Shown: piece after piece, positions 11,764 to 24,857 of the stretch
How positions within the stretch are numbered: the stretch's first letter is position 1
Layout of the letters: each line of letters starts with the position of its first letter
NCBI RefSeq assembly: GCF_020745735.1
Contig: NC_083418.1
Span: 22,647,776-22,711,775 of the forward strand
From: Hemiscyllium ocellatum
Taxonomy: Eukaryota
Direction: 5' to 3'
DNA length: 64,000 nt
Notes under the pieces: generated by a model
The model's database searches: none
Told to the model about the DNA's origin: nothing
Seen by the model: only the letters and a program-made list of their open reading frames with translations
Position numbers and translations under genes: made by a program

Positions 11764-13861
11764 TCAACAAAGTAGTCAATTGTTTTCTCTAAAGTTAATT
11801 TACAAACCGCGATCAGTTATTATTTGGCAGAGTGTGATTTCCAAGAAGTACCTTTTCAAAGAAAAAGCTTGCAATGTGTACTTTCATTGACCTTTTAAAA
11901 ACGTAATCTAGATAACTCCACAATCTTTCAAATGCAAGTCGACGAAAGTTATGAAATATGAAGCATTTTCATGACAATACTATCTCCTTTAACTCATTGT
12001 CTGGTTATGCTTCTGTAAAGCACATGCAAGTTTTTAAATGTTGAAGTGCTTAGCAGGAAAATTGTAAAATTTGCACAATTGATAGTTGTAGCACAGTGGT
12101 AGTGTCCTACCTCTGGGTTCAAGTTCTACCTGTTACTAGAAGTGTAATAACATCTTTGAACAGATTGATAAAGAAAATTTGCAATTTACGCAGGACTCAG
12201 CAAAATCACTAGATGGCATCAAAGTCTTTGAATACAATCACTATATGAGGGTGCATGCAAGTTATGTTCTTGGTAATCATAGTTCTGTTATTCTAAAATG
12301 TAAGTGAGTTGAACAAAAGATACATGATCTTATGTGATCAGTAGCAGCTCAAGTTGCATTTTATTCAATAAAAACACATTTTAAAATGCCGCAAGTGTTA
12401 GAAATGCAGTGATTGCGTTGCCTCTCCTGTGTATCTCATTCAATTGAAACAAATAGTTAGAAACCAATAACATAAGGGTAGGACAGGAGGTATATGAGAA
12501 AGCCAACATTTCCTATTTCTCACTGCGGTCATATCTCATCCTGGTTTTGTCATTTCTTCACTGTAACTGAACCAAAATTCTGAAACTCTTCACCTTCCCA
12601 CTGTATGGACAAACAGGCCATGTGTACAGTAGCCGGTCAGGAAAATTCAGCACTCTGTGCTCAAGGGCAAGAAATTGTTGACTTGTCATTGATGTCCGTA
12701 TCCATTAATATAGTGCCAATCACAATGTGATGGTAACTTAATGGCTCTGATCATAAGATGCTGTAGCTACACTTGCAGTACTCTGTCTCCTCCCATTCAC
12801 ACTGCTTAACTAAAAGAAAAACAAAGCTACAGGGTAAAATACTGTAATGCTATCAACCTTCCTGTCACTTATTTTCAATCATTTTTCCAAATTTAGTAAG
12901 TTTGCTTTCACCTTTAAATTGCTCTTCCTACTCTTCAATTAAAACAGACACTTTGATAAATGCCTTCATTTACCCAACAGGGAGCACCTGAGCATATTGA
13001 CACAGATTTTGTACTTTATATGTCATAATTTTGACTGAAATGGGGAGCAGTTGTGGGGTTCTGTACAACAGGTTGTGATTCTCTTTAGTTACAACCAGGA
13101 ACAAGGCTGTTGTAGATAGTCTGTAGGAGCTGCTATTTTCCAATACAGAAGATAGACACCACTGGTATCCAGATGGGCAGTGACTCTGAGATCAGGTTAA
13201 GGAAGTAGAGATGTTGAAATTTTGAAGTGAGTCCACCTACACTAGCCCTAAAACCAGTATAGCAGGTTTATACCCATAGTTCCCATTACAAATGCTAAGA
13301 GAAATGAATAATGAGAAAAAAATCTAGGTGAACATGTAGGTAGGTGACAAGGGGAATAAGGTTTGTTTTAGGCAAGAAGCAAACTTCATGATGAATGTTT
13401 ATACAATATTATTATTTAAAAATTTAGATTCTAAAGTTGAGGCAAATGGGTTTTTGATTTTTAGCTCTGTGAACTCTCACATTAACTCCGCTGTCAGTTT
13501 TTATCAAAGGGATGGAAATTGTTTTTGAGCAGTGGCAGAAACAGAACATCCAAGAAATCATGTGACTGAAGATAAATGACTAGACAAACTACCAGTTGTG
13601 ATCATTACGGAAGCATTTATGAAGTTCATTTTTTCAAACCCACACAATAAGTTGAATGTGAAATTGAAGAGCGTAGATAGGAGAGATTCCTCATTGGGGT
13701 TAGGCATCTGTAAATGATATTGTTGTTTATGCTTAGATCTTTCCAATGTACATATTAGCTTCAATTTCCTATTACATATTGTCACGTATACTCGTGTTAC
13801 AAAAAAAAAGTTGTGAAAATTGTGCAATGCCGCCATTACACATGCCATCTTAGGTATAAAA

Positions 13862-14487
13862 TGTGACAATGCTGCACCTTTAACAAGATTATTCTGTCCT
13901 TGGGTTTTTCTTCAAGAGGGGTCATAAAGGTAGAGATGCCAAAATGTCTGAACTAGCTACTTTAATAATGGCTAACATGTTACCTAAGTCAACAATCAGA
14001 AATGGCTTTCAGTTCTTTCATAAAAAAAACAATTGTACAATGACAGGGTGTGGCCAGTTCTCCTAGTTCAGGGTTTTTTCTAGTTTTGGTTAGTTTTAGC
14101 TGGGGACCCAATGAAACAGCTCCATGCTACTCCTCTCTCTCTCTCTCTTTCTCCCTCTCTCTCTCTCTCTCTCTGGCATCGTTTTCCTGTAAGAACCTGT
14201 GGTTGAATTTACCTTTTTGCCAAGGCATGTGTTTATGGGATTTTGCAGGAAATTGGGACAGCTCTTTGTTAAGTTGTGTTTTTGTGTCAGTTGGGTGTTC
14301 AAATACTTATGTTAGTCTAAATTCAGTTTTCTTTTGTTCACGTGTAAATAAATTTTGTTTTGTTTAAAACCAAATGGTTTGACCTGCCATGTTGCTTCTG
14401 GAATGTTCACCTTACATCTTCTTAAAACAACGAGAAAAGTTAGGGTCTGGGCTATCTACTTAAAATGTTTTGAGGGGGTCCATAACA
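13862..14487 (+). mobile_element. Probable solo LTR
   Basis: About 626-bp TGT...ACA-bounded block with an internal (CT)n and AATAAA. It interrupts another repeat (cttaggta on both sides). No clear TSD. Confidence 0.4.
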
Positions 14488-15009
14488 AACTTACCTAGGT
14501 GCAATCTTAGGTATTAGGTTACACTATATTACAGATAAATATAGTATAAGTTAAGAAAATAAATATAAAGCTAAAGAGATAGACATTACAGTCTTTCTCT
14601 AAGGGCTTCCGCATGGTCGGACTGGGCTCCACCAAGTTCCAACCAGTAGCCATCTTTGCTCCGGGCCATTGGTCACCATCTCTTGAGGCTACCAACGTAC
14701 TTTTAACAAAATAACATAGGTTTATTACAGAAAAGGAAAGAAAGTGAAGCTAAATATGTACATTGGAAAGATCTAAGCGTAAACAATAATATAATTTACA
14801 GACACCTAACACCAATGAGGAATCTCTCCTATCTCCACTCTGGGCCCCTCTGGGCCATTGGCTGCCTCCACTCAGGCCAATGACCATCCTTGCTCTGCTA
14901 TAGGCTGCTGGCTGTCCCCAGTTCATTCCATGCTCACTCAGCATCTTGTCCAGTATTGCCATCAGTGACTTCTCGCCATGGGTCCAGAGGAAGAAAATGT
15001 CATCAATGT

Positions 15010-15740
15010 ACCAATTTTGGTGTCATCTGCAAACTTAATAACTATACTTCCTATGTAAATTTCAAGAAAACATTTGATAAGGTACCACATCAAAGTTTAT
15101 TGCAGCAAATAAAAGCTGACTGATATAGTGGTCAGATAAGAGTGTAGATAAAAGATTGGGTGCCTGGCAGAAAATAGAGAGCACTTAAAAATGAGTCTTT
15201 CATCTGATTGGTAGGGTATGACAAATAGAGTTCCTTAGGTGTCTGTAAGATCGCAAATGTTTACAATTTACCTCAATAACTGAAATGGGACGACCAGGCC
15301 TATGGCAACATAATTCACTGATTGCAAAATTAGATCTGTGAAGAAAATTTAAGGATGATACAGTCAGATTGAGTGAATGTCAAGAAATCTGGCAGATGGA
15401 GTACAACGTAGGAAAATGTGAAGTTGTTCACTTTGGCAGTACGGATGAAATAGCAGAGGATTATTTAAATATAGAACATAAGGGAGGAGTTGGCCAGAGT
15501 TGATTGGAAGGGAAGCCCACCATGGAAGATGGTGGAGCAGCAACAGCAGGAATTTCTGGGGGTAATTCAGAAGGTACAGCAGAAATTCATCCCAAGGCAT
15601 ATTAAGGGGAGAATGAAGCAAACATGGCCGACCAGGGACGTCAGGTGCAGTGATTGTAACAAGGTTAGCTAGATGGACCTCCTAGAATGAGTTCCCTGAT
15701 TGGAGCTGTTAAAACAGGGAGCGTTGGCTGACAGGTATAA
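15010..15740. mobile_element. Mosaic of old CR1 fragments
   Basis: FKKTFDKVPH, WQMEYNVGKCEVVHFG and VDWKG..QQQQEF pieces; short minus-strand piece at 15010-15055. Confidence 0.65.
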
Positions 15741-15742
15741 AC

Positions 15743-16595
15743 AAAATTGGAGGTTTAGTGGACAGCGAAGAGGGTTACCAGATGGGCCAATGGGCTGAGA
15801 AGTGGCTTTGGAGTTTAATTCAGATAAATGTGAGGTGCTGCATTTTGTGAAAGCAAATCTTAGCAAGACTTATAGGTAAGGTCCTAGGGAGTGTTGCTGA
15901 ACAAAGAGACCTTGGCGTGCAGGTTCATAGCTCCTTGAAAGTAGAGTCGCAGATAGATAGGATAGTGAAGGCAGCGTTTGGTATGCTTTCTTTTATTGGT
16001 CAGAATATAGAGTACAGGAGTTGGGAGGTCACGTTACGGCTGTACAGGACATTGGTGAGGCCATTGTTGGAATATTGCGTGCAATTCTGGTCTCCTTCCT
16101 ATCAGAAAGATGTTGTGAAACTTGAAAAGGTTCAGAAAAGATTTACAAGAATGTTGCCAGGGTTGGAGGATTTGAGTTACAGGCAGAGGCTGAATAGGCT
16201 GGGGCTGTTTTCCCTGGAGCGTCGGAGGCTGAGGGGTGACCTTATAGAGGTTTACAAAATTATGAGGGGCATGGATAGGGTAAATAGGCAAAGTCTTTTC
16301 GCTGAGGTCAGAGCATAGGTTTAGGGTGAGAGGGGAAAGGTATAAAAGAGACCTATGGGGCAACCTTTTCACACAGAGGGTAGAATGGGTATGGAATGAG
16401 CTGCCAGAGGATATGGTGGAGGCTGGTACAATTGTAACATTTAAGAGGCATTTGGATGGGTATATGAATAGGAAGGGTTTGGAGGGATATGTTCAGTTTC
16501 TGGCAGGTGGGACTAGATTGGGTTGGGATATCTGGTCGGCATGGATGAGTTGGACCGAAGGGTCTGTTTCCATGCTGTACATTTCTATGACTCTA
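15743..16595 (+). mobile_element. CR1/HER1 3' fragment
   Basis: ORFs 15917-16318 and 16326-16616 carry CR1 RT C-terminal motifs; typical tail. Confidence 0.93.
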
Positions 16596-17894
16596 ACCCG
16601 TATAACTGAAGTTTAATATCTCAATAATGTCCACTGTTATTATTGTCATCATGGTGGGAGGGGAGGGCTCTTCCTGGGGGGGAAGAATAATATTAGGATA
16701 GTGCAGATGTTTACAGATCTCTAACCAGTACTATATTTGACCTGAGACTGATTAACAGCAAGAGAATGAATTGTATTCCTTACGCCATCTGATTTTCTAT
16801 AGATAATCACCAAATAAAAATCCCTAACAGTTTCTAATCAACAGAACCCTGTGATCCAGAAAATCCAGGGAGGTATGTGAACAATTGTCAAGATGACTAG
16901 ACAGATGTTGCTGAGTTTGTGACGGTTCCAATGGTATTCAGTGCTGCACAGATTATTCCCACATTCCTTCTAACAATTAGTTTGTCAGATATTGGATTGA
17001 CAATGGCTAGTATGATCCAACTACTGAGACAAAGCAAGGGGTTTAATTATTCTTACACAATAGTAGGCAGGCAACTTGGAGTCCAATCTTCACTTGGAAC
17101 CTGAAAAAGAATGAGGCGGAGAGGATGTAAGGCTTTTCAGATGCCCTGCCAGATTTGACATGGAGATTTGAAACAGACATTATGGCTCAGATGCTGGTAA
17201 GGGATGGGAATGAGATGGTTGTCATCCAAATGTGGGATTTACACATTACGGAGGAAAGTCTAGAGGTCTTCCTCCTGGACATAATTAGAGTTATTACCAA
17301 AAATGATCTGTTCTTCCTATCTTCTTTTATCATTCTGCATTCATATAACGTCTACATAACTTAACAATAAGCTTAAATTGAAATCGTACTGCTTACTTTA
17401 ATGTTGAACCTGGCTCCTAAGAGCTATCACCCAATTACATAGGTCAGTGCCTGGCTTGAGAATTTTTAATGTTTTACTGTTCTGCCCACTCTCAGCCCAG
17501 GCATCCTTGTAATTTAAATTTCCTCCTTGATCTCACCATGTTAGTTTGCAGCATTGACATACAAATCGGAACACACTCAACAGAAATTCTTGACCAGCCC
17601 TGAGACTGTTTACTGTATAATATATCCTTAACTCAGCACTGTCAGTCAGTGAAGTAACAGCAAACATGCTCAACTTATACATCAGTCTGACTTTCAGGTG
17701 AACTTGTTGTAAGCTTCTGTGGCAGTCTTTACTATAACTATGTGTCCAAGGTGATACAATGATATAATTGATCGTTACCATGTTCTGTTTATTGTCCAAA
17801 TGTTCAATGTTTTAGTTTGACAGCATCATCTGTGCGGGCCAGTTTTGATTGAACCTTATCTTCAAGGAAAACTGTAACAGAAAATCAAATTTCT

Positions 17895-18305
17895 CAGGAA
17901 CTGGCTGTAAAAAATTGTAAAAGAATTGTGAACACAGCCCAGTCTATCACGCAAACCAATCTTCTGTCCATTCACTCCATCTACACTACTTCTGCCTCAA
18001 AACCCTTAACATTCCAGTAATAATGACTTCCAACCTCTTCAGTCAGGTAGAAGGAAAAAAGCTTAAACACACAGATTCAAGAACAGCTTCTTCCCCATTG
18101 TTGTTAGCCTTCAGCATGGACCTCTCAAATTTTAAATTTTAATGTTGATCTGACTCTTTCTCTGCAGCCGTAACATTGCATTCCTTGCTCTGTTCTACTA
18201 CCCTAATGCACTTTGTACGGTGTGATCTGCCTGTACTGCACGCCAAACAAAACATTTCACTGTACTGAGGTACATGTGATAGTAATAAATCAGATCAAAT
18301 CAAAA
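17895..18305 (+). mobile_element. Rex1/Babar-type LINE 3' end (second copy of the 3'UTR at ~36255-36440)
   Basis: Decayed LxSGRR..RFKNSFFP motif and aataaatcagatcaaatcaaa tail, repeated at 36420-36440. Confidence 0.7.
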
Positions 18306-18319
18306 AAAGAAGACTCAGG

Positions 18320-19500
18320 GTCAGGTGTTGAGGAGGGAGAGCAGACGTGCAGTTACTTTCAGATCCTGAGAGGAGATAGCTAAGGGGCCTGTACGGGTGG
18401 AATTGCTGTGGCTAACTGCCTTCTGGCACTGCACTGTGAGTAAAAATGCTTTTGTCTGTGGAGGTCACAGGGAGCCCATTCATACCCAGAAAGACAAAAA
18501 GAGAGAGGAGGCATGGCAGCAAGTAGTGGGACGTGGTGTGCAATATGGTGGACACAGACAGCAGGGTCACTGTGAGAGTTGCAGCAGGAACAAAGAGTAG
18601 GACTAATTCAACTGAAGGGACATGGGTGCCTTGGAATCCACACAGGAGCGATTCTGGTCTTTTCCCCACGAGGGCCAGGATTCACCCCCAGAGGAGCCGA
18701 GAAGTGTGTAGTGAGCCACCCCTTCGCCCATACATTCTGTCTGTCATGGGCTGTTTTCTCCTGGAACAAGAGAATGGGAAGGATTGAGTGAGATGAAAGT
18801 GAATGACATGCCTGTTAAGAGGAGGATTAGCGATGAAGTCCCCCAGGGCAAGTAGGTAGACTGTATCAAGGGATAATGGCGTTGGGGTGGCACTAGGTGA
18901 GAGTGAGTGAGGGAAGAGGTTACAGGCAATAGTGAGAGGGATAGAGCATGAGCCTTGGTGGGAGGTGGGTGCAGCAGCAGAGGGAGGGTGCATGTGAGGT
19001 GGCAGGGAGAAGATGATGTCCCTTACCTTGGTGGAAGCTGGTTGACCTTCCTACAGCACGGGTGGCTATCCCTCCAGATGGTAGATATGGCATTGACTCT
19101 CATGGCTGCCATGGGTGCCATGGCCTCCTCTGCCACTCCTCTTCTTTGCACCACCCTGTCCACTGGGACCTCCATGTTCCTGTCAGAGAACTGCAGCATC
19201 ATCTTGCCCTTCTCTGACATCTTCTGCCTGAATGTTTGTCACCAAGCCAAGCACCTTCAGAATTCATCAGGGCTCATCCTGGTGCATGATAGCCTTTTTC
19301 AAGATGGAGCAGTCGGTCACCAGGGATGCTGGTTGTCCAATCAGTGACGAGACGTTCTGAGTACGGTGGTAAGTTGGGGCTAGATCTCAACATAGGGGAG
19401 TACTATAGGACCGGAAAAGGTAGTTAATAAAGAAACTTTGGTAAGATCAGTGAGGGAACTTGCTTGCTTTGCAGGCAAAATCCCTTCAAAAACCGTACCT
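18320..19500 (-). mobile_element. PIF/Harbinger DNA-transposon remnant with a spliced Myb/SANT-like (trihelix) gene
   Basis: MSEKGK..QFSDRNMEV.VD.VVQRR...RVNAISTIWR..CCRKVNQL, then a GTAAG donor at 19026 and an acceptor ttctcttgttccAG at 18761 leading to EKTAH... Resembles the Myb_DNA-bind_5 proteins (NAIF1/MSANTD-like) of Harbinger ORF2; decayed. Confidence 0.6.
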
Positions 19501-19520
19501 AGATTGTCTTGCAACTGATT

Positions 19521-19812
19521 GGGTGGCACAGTGGCTCAGCGGTTAGCACTGCTGCCTCACAGTACCAGGGACCTGGATTCGATTCCAGCCTTGGGTGACT
19601 GTCTGGGTGGAGTTTGCACATTCTCCCCTTGCTTGCGTGGTTTCCTCCCACAATCCAAAGATGTGCAGATTAGCTGAATTGGCCATGCTAAATTACCCAT
19701 AGTGTTCAGGGATAACTGTATGGGAATGGGTGTGGGTGGGTTACTCTTTGGAGAGTCACTGTGGACTTGTTGGGCCAAATGGCCTGTTTCCATGCTGTGG
19801 GGATTCTATGAC
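19521..19812 (+). mobile_element. HE1-type tRNA-derived V-SINE
   Basis: A/B boxes (gtggctcagcggttagc, gattcgattcc), V-domain ggagtttgcacattctcccc, CR1-like tail. Confidence 0.9.
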
Positions 19813-20439
19813 TTTGATAATTCACACTTAGTCCAAAAACAGTAGGATTCATAATGATATCTTTAATACTCACAGGTAGTAAATATTCCCTTGACTGGGC
19901 AAATGCCGAACAATAGAACATAATCTTAAATTAGAACATTGGGAGTTTTATCAAGAAACACAAAAGGTGTGTAGGTTTGAAAACCCATTCCCCCAAAGAC
20001 TGGATGCTGTGTTGAGTAAATTGTTCAGGCCTCAGATCAATAGATTTTTGTGGTTAAGTATAACACAGTATGAACTAGTAAACAGCATTTAGACGCAGAT
20101 CATCCATTATCTAACTGAGACCTGGAACAGGCTTGAGGAGGTAAATTGCTACTCCTATTCAAATGACTTCTCTGATTAAAAGCACCAGTTTACTTTGATC
20201 TTTGGAATACTTGCAGTTGTGAAAGCTTATGTTTAGACTTTTAGCATAATGTCTTAACAATGCTATTCGGGGTTTCTCCAAAGGCTCAGTGAGGGAACTG
20301 GAAGCTGATGATTCTGTGCTCCTGAGGAGGTTTTCACTCAAAGGGGTTGGAGGTTAAGAGATTGCTGCCAACCCATTGATCTCATTTACCATCCCATTCT
20401 GCCCTTAATTTATTGATCATGGATGATGAATCATTTACA

Positions 20440-21203
20440 GTCATAAAATCATTGACATATACAGCATGGAAACAGACCTTTCTGTCCAACTCATCCATGC
20501 CGACCAGATATCCCAATCTAATCTAGTCCCATTTGCCGGCACCTAGCCCATATTCCCCAAACCCTTTCTATTTATATACCCATCCTCTTAAATGTTGTAA
20601 TTGTACTAGCCTCCACCCATCCTCTGGCAGCTCATTCCATACACACACCACCCTCTGTGTGAAAACGTTGCCCCTTAGGTGCATTTTAATTTTTCCCCTC
20701 TCTCCCTAACCCTATGCTCTCTCATTCTAGACTCCCCCACTCGAGGAAAGATCTTGTCTATTTACCCTGTCCGTGTTCCTCATGATTTTATTAACCTCTA
20801 TTAGGTCACCCCTCAGCCTCCGACCCTCCAGGGAAAACAGCCCTAGCCTATTCAGCCTCTTCCTAGAGCTCAAATCCTCCAACCCTGGCAACACCTTTGT
20901 TAATCTTTTCTGAACCCTTTCAAGTTTCACAACATCATTCTGATAGGAGGGATCTTTTCTGAACCCTTTCAAGTTTCACAACATCTTTCTGATAGGAGGG
21001 AGGCAAGAATTGCAAGCAATATTCCAACAGAGGCCTAACCAATGTCCTATACAGCTGCAACATGACTTCCCAACTTTTATACTCAATGCTCTGTCCAATA
21101 AAGGAAAGCAAATCAAACGCCTTCTTCATTTTCTATCCACCTGTGACCCCACTTTCAAGGAGCTATGAACCTGCACTCCAAGGTCTCCTTGTTCAGTAAC
21201 ACT
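20440..21203 (-). mobile_element. CR1/HER1 fragment with an internal 49-bp tandem duplication
   Basis: RT motifs in ORFs 20727-20972 and 20935-21129; 20903-20951 is repeated at 20952-21000. Confidence 0.92.
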
Positions 21204-21989
21204 TTAATCTACCCTTGTAGTAACTTAGTATGAGAATACAACCAACTCTAAAAGTGTGGTGTTATTTGAATCTAGTGTACAGATTAATAATTCCCTGGCT
21301 GCTGATTTATCTTTGGCCTGTCTATCACACCATATAGCTGCCTAAAATGGGATGTTGAAGGGCAGCTTGTAATGAGCATAAAGTGCAAGTTTGATGAGTA
21401 AAGGACTGAATGTTAATGGTTAATCTCTTGATTCATATAAAAGTTAGTTTTACTTTCTTGCAGTTAGCACTGACTGATTTTTCTTTCCCCCTGGGTTTGG
21501 GAATATGTCTGGAAATCATGTTCTCTGCTGAAGGAGCAGGTGAATTTAGTTTATTAGTTGGTCTAGTCTGGTGTCTGGAAGTACATGCTGCTCACTCATT
21601 CTCCGTCCATTTGAATAAAGGAGGTTGGAATGCATCTTGTCATGGAGTGTAGTTTGTGACAGGATACGAAGCTATGAGCTAGTGAGTTAGGGAGGGATGG
21701 AGGTTCTCCTCTTTTTGACTTAGTCAACTTCCAATGAAAAACTGCACAAAAACAGACAGAGAGCAGACGGAACCCCCCAAGTGCACTCACAGAAATGAAA
21801 AGGAGACAATACAGGGAATAGCTAAGAGATAGATGAGTGTCTTTTTAAAGCCTAGGAATTGTATTTGTAATTGCAAGATTTATTTGAATAGGTAACGTTT
21901 AATAGTACTGATGAGCTTATTCGGGGGTGATAAAAAATGTATTTCTTACAAATTTATCAATTAAAATAAGTTAGTTAAAACATGATAAA

Positions 21990-23320
21990 GACAGCAAGCC
22001 TGGTGATACAGCAGCAGGATGCGGAAGCTTCAGGATGTATGAGTCAGACATTATGAATTTGAGGCTGAGCTATAGACATTGCACTGCAACATCAAGGAAG
22101 AAGGTTACTTGGAAACTTTAATACACGAAGTGGTAATGATTCTGAGGTTACTGTCCTCGAAGTTGATCAGCAGTTAGGAATGAAAGAGTGTGCCTGTGAG
22201 TGAGGCACTCAGACGATGGGTTGGGGTAGCCTCAAACTTTGCAATGGCCCAATCGTTTCAAGAGTCTTGCAGCCGGCAATGAGTGAAAGTAATGGATGGG
22301 CGAACTGACCATGGCACCGTGGTCCAGGAAAACATTTTAGCAGGAGGCAGAAATAGCAACGTAGTGGTAGTGGGGAAAGGCAGATAAATACTCCTTTCGG
22401 TGGCCAAGAGCGAGAGCCCAATTGGCTGTGTTGGCTGCCCAGTGCCAAGGTTTTGGAACAATTACTCTGGGCTGGAGAGAAACCTCTGGTGGGAGAGGGA
22501 GGATCCAATTGACATGATCCATGTGGATGTCAAGAACATAGATAAGATAAGGTAAGAGGTTCTGCTGAGGGAGTATGGTAAACCAAGGCTTAGATTTTAA
22601 AAATGCAGAACTTAGAAGATAATTATAGAGATATAGAGTCATACAGCATGGAAACAGACCCTTCGGTCCAACCAGTCCATGCCAACCATAATCTCGAACT
22701 AAACAAGTCCCACTTGCCTGCACTAAGCCCATATTCCTCCAAACGTTTCTTATTCATGTACTTACCCTGATGTCTTTTAGATGTTGTAACTGTACCCTCA
22801 TCCACCACTTTCTCTGAAAGTTCATTCCACACACAAACCACTCTCTGTGTAAAAAAGTTGTCCCTCATGTCTTTTTTAAATCTTTCTCCTCTCAACTTAA
22901 ATAAATGACCCTAGTCTTGAAATCCCCCCACTCTAGGGAAAAGAGTGCCATTCATCTCATGATTTTATAAATCTGTATACGGTCACTTCTCAACCTCCTA
23001 AGCTCCAGTGAAAAAGTCCCAACCTCTCCTTATAGCTCAAAATCCCCATTCTCAGCAGCATCTTGGTAAATCTCTTCTGAACCCTCTCCAGCCTCACTAA
23101 CATCCTGTACAACCTCAACATAACATCTCAACTCCTACACTCAAAGGTCAGGGCAATGAAGGGAAGCATGCTAAATGCCTTCTGAACCACCATACCTATA
23201 TGTGATATAAACTTCAAATCTTGGGATTACTGCCTGAACTACAAATAAGTAGGCATTGGATAATAAAATAAACTAATGAGATGAATGGGTGACTTAAGGA
23301 TTGACTTGGAGAAAACGACG
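21990..23320 (+). mobile_element. Old CR1 ORF1 (SGNH/GDSL esterase-like) remnant split by a younger CR1
   Basis: Decayed VVVVG.., C.LPSAKV, GLERNLWWEREDP..IHV and EVLLREY. The sequence resumes after 23217 as GLLPE...EMN. Confidence 0.6.
22625..23217 (-). mobile_element. CR1 3' fragment
   Basis: RGERFKKDMRDNFFTQRVVCVWNEL and the tail. Confidence 0.9.
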
Positions 23321-23473
23321 CAAACACTTTAAAGAGTGTTTGGATCAATGTATTGGTAAATCATATAATTAACATGATCGAGAAGACTTTAAATTAAATA
23401 ATACAGGGAAGAGATCAAGTAAGGGGAGTTAAAACACAAAGGGACTTAACAAGAAATTGGTAGTTTTATGGGT

Positions 23474-23856
23474 CAGAGGCTGAGGAATGACCTTATAGAG
23501 GTTTATAAAATTATGAGGGGCATGGATAGGATAAGTGGACAAAGTCTTTTCCCTGGGGTGGGCGAGTCCAGAACTAGAGGACATAGGTTTAATGTGAGAG
23601 TAGAAAGATATAAAAGAGGCCTACGAGGCAACTTTTTCACACAGAGGGTGGTACGTGTATGGAATGCGCTGTCAGAGGAAGTGGTGGAGGCTGGTAGAAT
23701 TGCAACATTTAAAAGGCATTTGGATGGGTATATGAATAGGAGGAGGGATATGGGCCGGGTGCTGGCAGGTGGGACTAGATTGAGTTGGGATATTTGGTCG
23801 GCATGGACAGGTTGGACCAAAGGGTCTGTTTCCATGCTGTACCTCTCTATGACTCT
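23474..23856 (+). mobile_element. CR1/HER1 3' fragment
   Basis: RLRNDLIEVYKIMRG...FFTQRVVRVWN. Confidence 0.92.
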
Positions 23857-24525
23857 AATTAAACTAAATTAAATAAACTCGACAAATTAAAACTTTAAAT
23901 CTCTTATAAACTCACCCTTGCATTCATACAGGCAAAACAACATAGACAGGAGAAAGGAAAGGACACGGGCAGAGAGAAACCTGGGAAAATAGTTCCATGG
24001 TCTTTGTTCACAAAATCAGTTGGTTTGGTTCTTGTTGATCTGAAGGTTTGTCCTTGCCCTCCCTTTTTCTGAATACTGGTTTACAAGAGGTGCAGGGTGA
24101 CTGTTTCAATTTTGAAAGGTCTCTGAGTTATTCAATTCAAAATCACTACTTGCTGCAACTGCTGACGGAAAGATCCATTGAAAGTGGCTTACTGCAGAGA
24201 CCTGCAGGCGGTTTTTGGGTGGTTGTGGATCTGAAGATTTCTACACTGGTTCTGACTAACTTGTCTCTGTCTTGTTCATATTCCAAGCTGATCAGCTACC
24301 TGACACCAAACCACATGGCTGTTGGCAGGCAGAGGACCAATAAAGAATAATTGGCCATGAGTCCACACAAATCAGCTTCACTCATAAACAACCCATCAGC
24401 TCCAGTTCACTGGGACCCACATTCAGTGCTGGAACCCACAACTACAAGGATTGACAAAAGATTTCGACTCCCTTATTTTCAAAGTATGCAGCCATCCTTG
24501 TAAAACCCTGGCTTTCAAAGTAGTT

Positions 24526-24857
24526 ATAGAGTCATAGAACCCCTACAGAGTGGAAACAGGCCCTTCGGCCCAACATATCCACCCTAACTCTCCGAAGAGT
24601 AACCCACCTAGACCCATTTCCCCAACCTATATTTACTAATGTACCTAGCCTACACATCCCTGAACATCAAGGGTAATTTAGCATGGCCAATTCACCTGAC
24701 CTGCACATCTCCGGACTGTGGGAGGAAACCAGAGCACCTGGAGGAAACCTACACAGACACGGGGAGAACATGCAAACTCCACACAGACAGTTGCCCGAGG
24801 TTGGAATTGAATCCGGGTCCCTGATGCTGTGAGGCAGCAGTACTAACCACTGAGCCT
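24526..24857 (-). mobile_element. HE1-type SINE
   Basis: Reverse-complement V-domain (gggagaacatgcaaactccacacagac) and tRNA head. Confidence 0.9.

Noticed and set aside
19521-19590. tRNA-like sequences (also near 27361, 28410, 39700)
   Set aside because: These are SINE heads followed by SINE body and tail sequence, not complete cloverleaf tRNA genes.
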